The notes under the pieces: model-generated
What the model saw: only the letters and a program-made list of their open reading frames with translations
What the model was told of the DNA's origin: nothing
Databases searched by the model: none
Program-made: the position numbers and the translations under genes
In this document: positions 1 to 15,165 of the stretch, piece after piece
How positions within the stretch are numbered: position 1 is the stretch's first letter
Layout of the letters: each line of letters opens with the position of its first letter
Assembly: GCF_009914755.1 (NCBI RefSeq)
Contig: NC_060933.1
Reading direction: 5' to 3' (one strand)
DNA length: 64,000 bases
Source: the human T2T-CHM13v2.0 reference genome, Homo sapiens

Positions 1-239
1 TCAGGAGGGAATCTTGCTTCTCCTACAGAAAAATACCTAACATGGCAGGGGCAAAGGTAATATTGGACCAAAAAAATCTGGACCTATGTCTATTAAATTG
101 CTCACAGTGTTTATATAATATCGGTGAAGGGAAGTAAAATTGAGGTTAGTGAAAGATACTCCACGTTTTACCCTAATACTTTTCTACTGTTTGAATTTTT
201 TATAGTTATAATACATTCAGGTATAATACATAATTTATA

Positions 240-300
240 TATAAATACTATATATATACACATACACACACATATATATATATGTGTGTGTATATATATT
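240..300. repeat. (TA)n/(CA)n/(TG)n microsatellite
   Basis: Direct reading. Confidence 0.85.
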
Positions 301-589
301 TTAATAAGAAACAAGGTCTTTCTCTCTCACCCAGGCTGGAGTGCAGTGCAGTGATCATAGCTCACTGTAACCTCAAACTCCTAGGCTTGCGTGATCCTCC
401 CACCTCAGCCTCCTGAGTAGCTGGGACTACTGGTGCATGCCACCATGCCCAGCTAAGTTTTAAAATTTTTGTAGAAACAGGGTCTTGCTATGTTGCCCAG
501 GTTGACCTTGAACTCCTGGCCTCAAGAGATCCTTTCCCCTCAGCCTCCCAAAGTGCTTGTATTACAGGCATGAGCCACTGTGCACAGCC
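301..589 (-). mobile_element. AluJ
   Basis: Antisense dimeric Alu. Confidence 0.85.
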
Positions 590-699
590 TACTTATATTA
601 TTTAAAAAACAATTAATCAAATAAGTTGGTTAGGATTAGTTTCAGTGGCATAAACAGAAACTTAAACAATGTGAAAGCTTATTTCTGTCTCCTTCTGCC

Positions 700-908
700 A
701 GGTGAACACACAGTGTTCATCCCCTCAGGAGGACACAGCTTTTGAGGTACCATCTTGGAAGCAGAGACCAGCCCTCACTAGACACAAACTTCCTGGCACC
801 TTGATTTTGGACTTCATAGCCTCTAGAACTGTGAGAAATAAATTTTTATTATTTATAAATTACCCTGTATTGGATATTTTGTTATAGCAGCACAAAAGGT
901 CTAAGACA
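700..908 (+). mobile_element. MaLR LTR 3' fragment (MST/MLT1A-like)
   Basis: gcctctagaactgtgagaaataaatt...ttgttatagcagcacaaa..ctaagaca is a typical MaLR LTR end. Confidence 0.75.
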
Positions 909-2458
909 ATGACTGAAGGACGGAGCTATAGGACTCAAAAGACCCTGGTCTTGAAGCCAGAAAGACCTGGCTTTGCCAGTAGCATGGTATTTCAATTAAG
1001 TATGATTAAACACTCTTCGAGGGAATAGAAAGGGGAAGGAAGAATGGAGATGGATCATTTGTTTCATGCCTTTTACTTACATGTAAGGAATTATGAGCAG
1101 GTGCCTATGGATTTTGGAATATGCTTCTCTAACACTATAAAAATTAGAAAGTGAAACTTATAGCCACAAATGTCCATTTAAAATTTCTAATGACAATGGA
1201 AGAAATTATTTAGACTCTCTCCTAAACTATTACACCATACATCCTTGCAAAACATTTTTTTTCATTTTGCCCAACCTCCACTCCTGTCATTCCACCACTC
1301 CTATAGTATCTAAAATATAGTTTCTTTTAGAGAGATTGGTGCACCACTCAACTTGTCAGCTTGAGGGCTTTGAATGGTGTTTTCTTTTTTTTTTTTTAAT
1401 TTCATGGCAAGCTGACTTACAAGTGACTCAACTGTAAGCTAAGACTTATTAATAGCATGGTTTAACCACCAAAGATAATGAATTCAAACAATGTTACTTA
1501 CAGCCTTTAATGTCACAGCCCCTAAAAACATTGAAATGTACATTTTTCACCTGCTAGTCATCTTCAGTATTCTGGAGAGGAAATATTCTTTCCTGTCCTT
1601 ACAGTGGTTGTATATCTTAAAAGACGACTATATGACACTTGAATATTGATATTCAACCTTAACCAAAGCAGTCACAAGAATACAAGCCATTGACCTCTGG
1701 CCTTTTAGATATGTTCCCAACAAGTTCATGTGTACCCAATGAAAAATGTTAAATAAACTGATAAACTTTAAACATTTAAAAATATTTTATTTATTTACTT
1801 GCCACAGCTAGATAAGAGGAACTGGGTTAATTTTGAAACTCTCAGCTTCCTTTCCTCTAAACCAGTAGCTATTGCTGGCCACTAGTATGTTGTTTCCTTT
1901 GCAGGAAGTTGCAAAAATGAGAAAGAAAAAAACGAAAAACAAAACCAAGTTGGTATTATTTTTAGCTTTCTTCTTATTTGGATATAGCTACAGTTCTTTT
2001 TCTTATGGTGATTAACATAACTATTCAAGAGAGAAGAACCAAGCAAAGGGGAGTAGTAGGGAATTAGTAGGGAATTGTGCCAAAGGACATATGGCAAGGT
2101 TATTGTCAGAAAGCTGAGCTGCTGAAATCCAGACAGTTTAAGAGCTTATCTGCTCTGCTCTGCTCCCACCTAGGAGGACTCCTACTACAATGCAAAGACT
2201 CAAGTTTCACCTTAATTAGGTCTTTCCCAGGCCAGGTATTAGTGACCTTGGGAAAAAAGTTTAAGCTTCTCAGCTTCAGATCTTCCTCTGAATATTAGCA
2301 CTGTGGTAATTGGCACAGTGGTACCTAACCCTTTGAGGGTCCAGGATTGTTTTAATGGTGAGTGATTTACAAACTGAGTTTAAAAGAGCAAGGAGGATCC
2401 AATTTCGCAAAATTTCATTAACTCTGCTTAAGAAAACAGTATATTATATTAGCTTAGA

Positions 2459-3795
<1,337 letters not shown>

Positions 3796-3799
3796 TTTA

Positions 3800-4030
3800 A
3801 AAGAGCAGGAGATTTAGTGTCAGGCAGGTTTGGATTGAGCCCAAGGGCTGCCATTTACTGATTGTATGACTTTGAGCAAGGTATTTATCTTTTCTAAGCC
3901 TCAATTTCCTCATCTATAAAATGGGCACACAAATAGTATTTACCTTGGAGAGTTAAATGGGATAATGCATTTAATGTGCTTAACACAGTGCCTATCAGAT
4001 GCTTAGGGGCTCAAAACATTACTATTGTTG
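3800..4030 (+). mobile_element. MIR
   Basis: gactttgagcaag...cctcaatttcctcatctataaaatggg core. Confidence 0.75.
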
Positions 4031-4225
4031 TTGTTGTTGTTGTTTTACCCTAAAGTAAATGAGACAAAATAGCAAAGCTAAATGAGGAGGAATTTTTAAG
4101 TTACATCAGAAACTGTAATAGATTCTAAAATATTATAATTAAGAAATTTCATACTTATTTAAAAAGGCATTTTCAATTTAACAATTTAACAATTTAACCC
4201 TCTTATAAGTTAAAAAAAAAAAAAA

Positions 4226-4531
4226 AGCCCGGCACAGTGGCTCACGCCTGTAATCCCAGCTCTTTAGGAGGCTGAGGTGGATGGATCAGGAGGTCAGGAG
4301 TTCAAGACCAGCCTGGCTAATGTGGTGAAACCTCGTCTCTACTAAAAATACAAAAATTAGCTGGGCGTGGTGGTGCATACCTGTAATCCCAGCTACTCAG
4401 GAAGCTGAGGCAGGAGAATCGCTTGAACCCGGAGGCAGAGGTTGCAGTGAGCCAAGATCGTGCCACTGCACTCCAGCCTCGGCAACAGAGCAAGACTCCA
4501 TCTCAAAAAGAAAAAAGAAATAAAAATAAAA
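4226..4531 (+). mobile_element. AluS
   Basis: Sense dimeric Alu with A-rich tail. Confidence 0.9.
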
Positions 4532-4789
4532 AGTCATGCCCAGCTATTTTGGGAGAACTGAAATTACAACTCTATCTGAGAAAATAAAATGACAGGACTC
4601 CACAGAATCCATAGATAAAAATTTAACTGAAGAGGAATATGGAACAGACTAAAGGAAAAATTTTATCAAGCTGTAATCTTTATACTTGTGCCTAAGGCCA
4701 GAATTTGAAACTGCTGAAGACAGTGTTTCTCTACAAATGCACACAGGCACCCCATTTTGATGCACAGATAGGTGTTTATTTCTTTTAAG

Positions 4790-5240
4790 AATAGCAGCTT
4801 TATTGAGATAAATTTCACATATGATACAATTCACCAATTTAAAGTGTACAAGTCAATGGTTTTCAGTATAATCAGAGTTGTACTACCATCACCATAATCA
4901 ATTTTAGAACATTTTCATCACCGCCCAAAAACCACTGTAGTCTCTCCCCAGTCCTCCACTCCTGGGAACCATTAATGTACTTTCTGTCTCTATAGATTTG
5001 CCTATTTTGGTTATTTTATATAAATGGAATCATACAACATGTGGTCTTTTGTGAATAGCTTTTTTCACTTACCATAATGTTTTCAAGATTGATTCATTTT
5101 GTAGCAGGTATCAGTCCTTTTTCCTGTTTATTGCCAAATAATTTTCCATTGTACGGATAGATCATATTTTGTTTATCCATTTGTCACATTTTGGTTGTCT
5201 ATCAGTTGATAGATATTTGTGGTGCATTTAATTTTTGGCC
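4790..5240 (-). mobile_element. Old L1M 3' fragment
   Basis: cagctttattgagata...aaagtgtacaa...tttgtttatccat pattern. Confidence 0.7.
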
Positions 5241-5359
5241 AATGTGTAAAACTTATTTTGCTCTCATTGAGGCTACATACTGTTACAACAATGCTATTTG
5301 GTCAACTTGACTGAGCTGGCCTCATAGGTTACAGGTTGTTCATTGTTAGAGATGAGACT

Positions 5360-5575
5360 TTAGACCAGACTGGACAACATAGTGAGACCCTGTCTCTACC
5401 AAAAAGAAAAAGAAAAATTAGCCAGATGTAATGGCATATGACTGGAGTCCCAGCTACTTGGGAGGCTGAGATGGGAGGATCACTTGAGCCCAGGAGTTTA
5501 GGACTGCAGTGAGCTGTGATCGTGCCAATGCAATCCATGCTGGGCGACAGAGTGAGACCCTGTCTCAAAAAACAG
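5360..5575 (+). mobile_element. 5'-truncated AluJ
   Basis: Linker plus right arm. Confidence 0.8.
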
Positions 5576-6309
5576 AAAGAGGGATTTTAGTATAACATTC
5601 AGCCAGTGCCATATTGGGAACCCACAAGAATGTACTTTTAAAAATATGTCAAAGAAGATGGTGAGGGCTGTAATAGCTGCTATTCAGGCAGTAATGCAGT
5701 GCTGAAGGGACATCAAGCAAATAGTGTGATGCCTGTGGGTGCAATGTTACTCCTTCCCTTAGGTTGCCAAAAAAATCAATACTTCATAGCATTCCTGAAA
5801 CGAAAAAGCTTATGAACCATTGTGTTTAGGGCGTAAGCTATCTATTTTGGGCTACCCATCACAGCTTCTCTCCTTTGGCAGAATACAGTGAACTGAACCA
5901 CCACGCCTAAGGTATTTGCCTTATTTCTTCCTCAGCTGGTTCATGGTTACATTGTCAAAGCTGGCAAAGCATTCAAGACCTGATTTCTCAGACCGAGTGT
6001 ATGTGTGAATATAATATACTCATTTGCACAAATATAAACCCTCTGTCTTAACTGTGTTCTGCAAAAGGCGTGATAAATACTTTAAAGTTATATGTACTTA
6101 TCAGTAGAACTAATGGAATACACACAGTATATTTTATGGGGAATTTCAGAGAAGGAAGGAAAAGTCAACCTTTTATTTGGCATCAGGATAGTAGTAAAAC
6201 ATTCTACTTGTGCATCAGATAGATTTTTATGACCTAACCTGGACAAGTAACTTAACTCTTGGTGCCTCATGTTTGAAAGAGGGATAACACTCTACAGGGT
6301 CATTCTAAG

Positions 6310-7030
6310 AATTACATATTGCCAAAACACATGAAAAGATTCTCAACCTTGTTAGTAATCAAGGAAATGCAAATGAAGATCACAATGAAGTCTTCTTTTG
6401 TACTCAATTGATTGGTGAAAAATGCATGCCTGATAATATTGACATACAGACCAATGAGATCTCTTATAATTTGCTGGGAAAATGTATCAATTTGTACAAA
6501 CATTTTGAAAAATAATTGTGCATTTTCTTGTGAAGTAAAACATTTGAATAATCTAGGACCCAGCAATTCAACTCTTACACAGACACTCAAGAGGAAGTTG
6601 CACACACATATGTCAGGAAAAATGTTCATAGCAGCCCTGTTCATAAGAGCAAAACCTGGAACAATTGAGAGGAAATGAATAAATTGCCGTGTAGCCACAC
6701 AATAGAATACAAGACAGCAGTGATGCTGAAAAATATAGCAAGCCTCAGGAGTTTATATATTATATGGATAATTTTATGAAGCTCAAAAACACCCAAAATT
6801 AAACAACATATTCTCTAAGTACATACGTGGGATATGTGATAAAACTAAAAAGAAAACAGGGAATGATCAGCAATCCAGAACCAATTCATGACTGTTGTTA
6901 CTATCTTATGGGGCAGGCTGTGGATTGGAAGCGGGGGCGGTGCACATAGGTACGTGTAGCTTACTGGTAATGCTTTTATGTTAGGAATGAGGTCAAAGGA
7001 GTTCACTATAAATTTATATTAGAAAGAAGG
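6310..7030 (+). mobile_element. Old L1M (ORF2 end / 3'UTR) fragment
   Basis: ORF 6412..6678 contains MFIAALF, resembling the L1 ORF2 C-terminus. Confidence 0.65.
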
Positions 7031-7419
7031 GCTATCTATGGATTAGTGATGAGAGTGTCATGCACCAGCAAATATGATTAATGAACTTAGGTTACCTGAG
7101 GTCCAAATAAATAATGAGAAAAAAGTAAATAAAAGTGATGCATGAATACTAAAAATTTGGAATTACATATATAATATGTAATAATAAAAAAAGAAAAAAT
7201 TGTCACTGGTTATCCTTCAGGTATAAAAATTACAATTAAAATTGTAATGTTATAACCTTCCATTCTTTCCCCTATGAATTAAAACTTTTTTTTTTAACGA
7301 GACTAAAAAATCAAGTTGATAAAATCTATGCCCTGTGGGAACTGGTTAGGTCAGGCTACCCACTCCAGATTTCCAGCAGGCTGGCCTCAGCTCTACCTAC
7401 AGCCAGTAGCTTATTAAGG

Positions 7420-7960
7420 CTCTAGGCGCCAGTGACACCTTCAGACAGGTGGTTAGTGCGCCCTAAGGACTCTCCGCAGCGTCGCTCAGGTTCACAGAAC
7501 ACGCCCAGGGGCGTCTCCAGCTGTCGTCGGGGAGAGCCCACCTCCCCGGGGGGTGTGGCTAAGGGACGAGGCAGTTCTCGTCCAGAGCCCAGGTAATCCG
7601 GGCGGGATCAGCTAGCGTCGCGATGTGATGACGTCAGGCCCCGGCCAGGCCGGGAGTGGCGTGCTGGGCGTGCGCGGCTGCGGTACGGCGTGTTGGTCCC
7701 AGCGGTTCAGCTGAGGTAGGGACGTGCTGTAGGCCGGAATGTTACCGGCTGTTGGATCTGTGGATGAGGAAGAGGATCCTGCGGAGGAGGATTGTCCTGA
7801 ATTGGTTCCCATTGAGACGACGCAAAGCGAGGAGGAGGAAAAGTCTGGCCTCGGCGCCAAGATCCCAGTCACAATTATCACCGGGTATTTAGGTAACTAA
7901 CCATCCCAGTCACAAAATGCCGTGAACTCTGGTGTCATGGGATTTTGCGGGCTGCCGGTG
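7420..7960 (+). promoter_or_regulatory. CpG-island promoter of ZNG1 with full CRE (TGACGTCA 7629-7636), GC/E2F-like box (GGGCGGGA 7600-7607) and TCGCGA (7618-7623)
   Basis: Sharp local rise in GC and CpG around the ATG in otherwise AT-rich DNA; motifs read directly. Confidence 0.85.
7739..7892 (+). CDS. ZNG1: ZNG1 exon 1 coding part (aa 1-51, includes the CPELVPI METAP1-binding motif)
   Basis: ATG at 7739 within the CpG island; donor G|GTAACT at 7892/7893. Confidence 0.95.
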
Positions 7961-8999
7961 CCTCTTCTCCTGAGGCATTGGGGCCTCATGATCAAGAGCA
8001 AATGTCTTTGAGGTAGGGGCTGGGTCACTTGCTTCTCGTATGGGTTACCTCTCATCTTGGGAGTTAATGATGCCCGGTCCCCTCTGCGTTAGATTCCCAT
8101 TTCTCAAGTGAGATGGAAAGTTAGCCTTTGAAACAAGGCTTTGAAGCTAAGACACGCCCCCCTAATTGTCTCTGTGACCTCTTACCAAGTTATCTTACCT
8201 TCCTGACGCTCATCTACCTCACCTGAAAATGGAAAAATACCTGTCACCTGTGAAATAGGGCCGGAACAACCTACCTATTGCCATTAAAGGATGTCCTGTC
8301 TGTAAAATGCCCGACACGTGGGGCTTTCGTCAGCAGATTCCCCTTCCCCAGGAGCCAAAGTCCTCCAGCCAGTTGGCAGGAAGTGCTCCTATCTTAAACA
8401 CTTTTCTTTTGAGGTCTGTTTGTAAACCACTGCGTAGGAAGTAAGAATAAAATCTCTGTCCTCCAAGACTATTTCTCAAACTAAGAACGTTTAGAGTGTA
8501 CAGGGATACTCGAAACCACAAGTTTGTGAACTTGGTAGTTTCGTGAAGGGCGGTTTATGCACTTACACTAGAAGTTTCTTACTGGAAAAGTTTGAGAAAT
8601 ATATTTTTAAACCTTACAGTTAAATAGAAGGGCTAGAACAAATATATGACTGTATTAGAAGTTTGGAAAAAGTTAAGAAATGTAAATAAAATAATACTGT
8701 TTCCGGGAAATAATATTCCTAGTTGTTGCTAGAGACAGGTACAGACTTGGGCCACTTCGTGACCTTTTATGTAAAAATAAGAAATAACTGCTTTTGTTTT
8801 TTTAAAAACTTTGTAGACTGTAAGTTTATTCCCGTTTTTTGCTCGGAAGTAATTTTATAAAGGAATTTATTTTTGGCGTTTCCCCACAGTTATTCAGAGG
8901 CTGCTCTACTGAGAAGATGAACAAATTTCTTGTCCAAAACAATGTAGTTCAAACGTGCCCCTCGGGCCTTTCCCGTGTTGCTCACTGGTAGGTCAGTAG

Positions 9000-9842
9000 A
9001 TCATTGGAGAAAATGATCTGAAGCTCAGGAGTGAGAATTAATACCAGCAACCTTGTTGCTGAATCTAGGGATAGTTTCACTCCTATCCCTGACCATTTTC
9101 CCTTTTTGAAACACTGTTCCTTTGGCTTCTATTACATTTTTCTTCTGATTTTTCCACCTGCTTCTCTGGCTTCTTTTTAAGGCTCCCTCCTCCTTCCCCC
9201 TTTGTCCATCTTTAGCTACACACCTGTGTAATTTCTATTTTGATGTCCTACAACTTAAAACTTAACATGTCTGAAACTTCGTCTGTTACCATCCCCCCAA
9301 ATCCTGCTTCTGTGATCCCAACCATTTGGAATACTCTAAAAGCCTCCTGACTAATCTGGAGTCTTGCTGCCCTTTAATTTATTAGTTGCATGTTAGCCTT
9401 AATGATCTTTATAAATGTCAATCTGACTGCGTCACACCTTTCAGTGGCGTCCCTATGGGTTAAAATTCAAATTCCTTAACATGAATTACAAGGACCTGTA
9501 GGATCTGGATCTTGCCAACCTTTCCAGCCTGCCAAATTGGCCCCGCACAATAAACTAAGGTTACTTCAAAGGTGCCAAGTGTTTTAGCCCCTTGGAATAG
9601 GTACTTTTTTACTGTGACTCCTCTGGCTAGATGTCCCTCTTAGGTTCTCCATAGCATTTTGTGCATCTCCTATTGAATATGTCACCCTGTGACATAATTG
9701 CCTCCTTATTCACTGAATTCCCCTCCATTCCCCCCTTCCCTTAATATTTCTAAGCTCTATGAAGGCAGAGACTATCTTGTTCACTTTTTCACCAAGGCCC
9801 AGCATAAATCTGTAACGTATTAGAAACCTTTGAATGAATGAA
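9000..9842. mobile_element. L2 relic
   Basis: Ends aagctctatgaaggcagagact...tgaatgaatgaa, typical of an L2 3' end. Confidence 0.6.
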
Positions 9843-10918
9843 CTATGTCTTAAAGTGTTTTTTTTTTCATAATATGGTTAAAAAGCCCTAGTAAATCTTC
9901 TCTTAGAAGATTTCTTACATTCACCCTTTCCTTTCAGTTTTCACATCACTGCCCTGCGAAACACTCATGTTCAGGGCCTCTGTCTCAGGCTTGGACTGGT
10001 TTTAAGATCTTCCTCATTGCCCTAAGTCTCTCTCTTCCATACTATACTTCATATTTTTGTGATGTTGAGCTTCCTAAAGTACTCTAAATATAAGCCTTCA
10101 TCTCTTAAAAAGCTTTGAAAGGAATATGACCTAAAAGATATTAATACCCTAATACTCCGTAAAATCTTCCTAGTTGTAGGAAGATCTAGTTATATACTAG
10201 AAAACTTTATTTCAGAAGACATGTATAGCCTACATGTAAAAGTTTTTAGCAGCACTGTAATAGTAAAACACTGGAAACAAACCAAATGTCCAACAAAAAA
10301 AAAGATAAAGAAATGATATAGTCATACAATTGAACTACAATACTATGCAGTTAGGATTTTCTTTTTTTCCTCTATGAATTTTAGTGTGTACGGTTCACAA
10401 GACTTTTTTTTCTACTGGAGATTGACATATTGGGTTTCATATGCCACCTGCTGGATAAAGTTGGTATAGCTTTATGAATTTATCTTAACTGAACATTCTG
10501 TTCATTGTTGACACTACCTGGCTCTATTCCCCATTTCATAAAAACTTTTATAGATTGTTTAAAGCATACTATAAGTAGCCATATAGTCAGCCTGAAGTTG
10601 CGTCTCGTTAATGTTGAAATAAAAGGTCACTATAAATAAAAGATTGTGTGTCAATTTTAGGGAAGGTTAGGCTAGGTTGAAGAAACTGTTTCAACTTGTA
10701 GGAGTGTTTGTAAATATTTATAAAATTTTATGTCTACATAAAGTATTTTGCAACAGGTTTCAAAGGATGCTTTAATCTTATCCTCTAGGATATTCTATAC
10801 TAAAATAATATATGAAAAATAGCATGCAAATTCTCAAAAACGTTAGGATTCTTTATATGTTTTTTGTATCTTTAAAATTATTTTGAATTTTTTTATTTAC
10901 AAAAAATATGTTTTATAG

Positions 10919-11005
10919 GTGCTGGGAAGACAACACTTCTGAACTATATTTTGACAGAGCAACATAGTAAAAGAGTAGCGGTCATTTTAAATGAATCTGG
11001 GGAAG
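10919..11005 (+). CDS. ZNG1: ZNG1 exon 2 ([29 protein letters not shown]; P-loop)
   Basis: ttttatag|GT acceptor, AAG|gtaagt donor, 87 nt, phase 1-1. Confidence 0.95.
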
Positions 11006-11282
11006 GTAAGTAAAGTTCAATAAATGTCATGTTGCAAGATTTTGTGTGACTGTTTATTCCTCTGGTGAATTGATATTCCATATTTAAAAATGAAAATGCA
11101 AGGTATTGTATTGATGTGGATAGCTTTAGAAAAATTAGATTAATTTCTGTTAAGATTTATATGGGTTGAGATACTGAAATTAGTTTTAATAAAATTTTAT
11201 TTTGTATAACTTTGGAATTCTTATTAACAGAATTAAACTACATTTTTACATGAAATAAATGACTCCAGAAGTAAAAATCTAG

Positions 11283-11606
<324 letters not shown>

Positions 11607-12539
11607 AAAAAATGTCTTTTTTAGGAATTAGAAAGGCAGTTTTGTATGGACTCTATTGCAACTCATGAAAAATATTTGAAAATGCTTCTGTTATTAGTTA
11701 ACTTTGTTTAATGTTTATTATCTGCAATGCAGTTAAAACTCAATATTTTAAAAAGAAAGTAAACATATGGTCTTTATCCTCATGTATTTTATCTGTGAAA
11801 ATAAGTGTGCTTAACTTCTCAACTCAAATATTAAACTGTAGTAAAAAAAAAAATAGCTCTAGACACAGTACTTCTGTTATCTTTATAGGAGTTTTTCTTC
11901 ATAAGTATGAATTGTAATCAAAGCTCACTTCTAGCCAAAAAACAATATCTATTAGACGATTTCTTTTAAAATGTACTATTTTTTTCAGTTGTAAAAAGTA
12001 AAAGAGCTAGGTTTTATGAACAGGATGGGAAGCCAGTTATATTCCAGTTATATTCGATTTCTGATTTTAATAAACTAAAGAGAAAAGTGCTTTTTAGGCA
12101 AAAATCCTGAGATTTCTAATAACAGACTGTTTTTTTCATCATCTTATTAAATAACCTATTGCACACTGATTACATTTATTCTTACTATTTTCTTTATTTT
12201 TTCCTGGATCATTTTCACAATTTTATTTTTCACAGCATTCTCAATACTTTTCTTCATGTTTCATTAATGTTCTGTATATAGTCCGAATTCTGTAGCAACC
12301 TCTTTAGAAGCTCTTTATTAATACCTAGCTGAAATATAAAAAATATGTAAGTGTAAAACTACTCGATTTTATGGGAGCTCATTTGCTTAGTGGACTTTTA
12401 GAACTTCACCGTTTGGTATATTTCTTTATTAGGGGAAAAGTAAAACATTTAAAATAATTCTTATAGATAACAAGCATTTCAAATATAGTTTATTCTTTCT
12501 TAAGTAAGTATTGCTAGGAAAATATGTGAATTTGACTAA

Positions 12540-12802
<263 letters not shown>

Positions 12803-13337
12803 ATAAATTTAATTTTTAAATGAGCACATGGTACACTGGCCAAAAACCTTCCTCAGGATGAACTAGGGTTTTTACTCATTGGGAATATTCAGCAGTTTGT
12901 CTAACAGAAACAATTTAGAAGAAGAATGAAAAGAAAAAGATAGATAAGGCAGTCTCTTAAGAGGTTGAAGGGCATACAGCATCCAATATATAAAACATAC
13001 TAGTCGATTTAGAAAGTTTACCCTGGACAAGAAAAAAATGCCTTCATTAAGAAATGGGGGTGGCCAAGTAAGAGGCCTAAGGAGGAAGTAGGTATGTTTA
13101 TCAGTTTAGGATGTGTCTTTTTCAGGGCTTAAGACATCTTAAATAAAAGCTAAAATAATGTAGTCTACTGTAATTTAGGTATCAAGGCTGCATGAATAAA
13201 GTGAAAGAATATAAGTTATAAAATATAAGTTTCTGCTTTAAGATCTCCATTATTGAGTTATCCTCATCTTTGTTTTTTGTTGGCTAATGGACATAAGCTA
13301 AAGAGTTTGTTTATTTATTGTTTGTTATTTATTCTAG

Positions 13338-13434
13338 GAAGTGCGCTGGAGAAATCCTTAGCTGTCAGCCAAGGTGGAGAGCTCTATGAAGAGTGGCTGG
13401 AACTTAGAAACGGTTGCCTCTGCTGTTCAGTGAA
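13338..13434 (+). CDS. ZNG1: ZNG1 exon 3 (GSALEK...[11 protein letters not shown]; CxCC Zn site)
   Basis: ttctag|GA acceptor, AA|gtgagg donor; matches the tail of ORF 13253..13438. Confidence 0.95.
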
Positions 13435-14531
13435 GTGAGGAATGTGTTTACTGTGTACATGGTTTACTAGAAATGTTTATTGATTATATTTCCAGCTTTA
13501 ATTTTCTTGAGTAATTTAACTGAATTTACACAGTTTGCTTCATTGTATTTTCAAACAAATAGAAAATAAACTTATTAGGAAGCATTTTCTTAAAGTGTTT
13601 CTTGCTGTCTTTTCTATCTGCTCTAATGTTTTGGTCCTTTTATTGAGTTTTTATTGCTTTTGATGTCAGGGCTTATTTAATCTCTAGTGCATGAAAGTCT
13701 CATATGTAAAAAATGATTATTCTGAATTTAATCTGTCATTGGTCATACTTCTAAGTGTTCAACCTTATAAAAAAAAAAATGACTATCAAAAAAGAAAAAC
13801 CTTACATTATGTTCTAGTAGTTAAGTTTCCAAGGACAGTGATCACTAGTCTACCATAGACCCTAGAAGAGTTACCCAACACATAGTAGCACTCAAATATT
13901 TGTTGAATGAATTATAAAAATGACTACTTGTATTGTTAATTTTGTGTATTCTAGTGAATTAAATCTCTTCGGCATCATTTACTCCCTTAGGTATTTGACT
14001 TTGTGTCAAATGTTTTGGCAAGGATAAAATTATAACAGACTTTCTTGAACAACCAAAATGTAATCTATTAAGGATTTTCCTTCACTTTTGATAAAATAAG
14101 AAAAAAGGAATTTAAAACCTTGCATCCTAATGTAAAATAGAATTATATGGTGTTTAATATCAGTGTCCCTTTAGCTATTATATTAAACTACTATAGTTAA
14201 TAAATTTTATCATTATTTTGTATGTTGGTTTTTAACAATTTCATAAAGCTATAAAAAGATACTTGGTCAGATAAAGTTTCCTCTGCTTTTAATTTTAATA
14301 AAGTATTATTATGTATATGATTTCTTTTTACCTATTATATATATGCATCTATTGTTTTCTCACTGGTAAATATGGGACAGACATTTTGTTAGAAGGTTAG
14401 AAGTGAGTTAAATTTTCACATTCCTAAGGATACTTTTGTCTCGGGTTGTTGAATACATTTTAAAGTGTTTATAATAATCACTTCAAAATATTTAGGTAAT
14501 TAACTGTAAATTATGTTTTGGTATTCTCCAG

Positions 14532-14623
14532 GGACAATGGCCTTAGAGCTATTGAGAATTTGATGCAAAAGAAGGGGAAATTTGATGACATACTGTTAGA
14601 GACCACTGGATTAGCAGACCCTG
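14532..14623 (+). CDS. ZNG1: ZNG1 exon 4 ([30 protein letters not shown]; Walker B)
   Basis: ctccag|G acceptor, CTG|gtaaga donor, 92 nt. Confidence 0.95.
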
Positions 14624-14936
14624 GTAAGAAGTGAGATTATTAATAACCAGAATATAGTTCTGTGATATATTGTAAATAGATGTATTAGAGGAATATCTAA
14701 AATGAGTATTAAAGCTTTTGTTAGTATTAAACCAAAAACTTTTTTTGGTTTAAAAGAGGAAAAGTACTTGGTTGTCATTTTCTTTGGCAGTTGAATGAAT
14801 GATCAGAGTATTTCTTGGTGCTTTTAAGCTGTTAATAGAATTTGAAGTTTTATTGATTGACTTAGGATTATTTGTAAGAACAGAAGTTGTTAAAAATAAG
14901 GACATGTAGGAAGAGCAGAGACGTTCTACCTCTAAG

Positions 14937-15165
14937 TACAGTTGTCCCTTGGCATCCATGGCGTATTAGTTCCAGAACCTCTGAGGATACCAAAATCTAT
15001 TAATGTTCAAGTCCCTTACATAAAATGGTGTAGTATTTGCCTATAACCTATGCACATCCTCCCATATACTTTAAATCATCTGTAGATTACTTATAATACC
15101 TAATACAATGTAAGTGCTGTGTAAGTAGTTATTATACTGCATTGATAAGGTAATCATGACAAGAA
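14937..15165. mobile_element. MER2 (Tigger-family MITE) fragment
   Basis: tacagttgtcccttgg...taacctatgcacatcctcccatatactttaaatcatct. Confidence 0.75.

Noticed and set aside
7612-7892. ORFs 7612..7881 (-) and 7656..7892 (+) over exon 1
   Set aside because: Alternative frames of the GC-rich first exon; the real frame starts at ATG 7739
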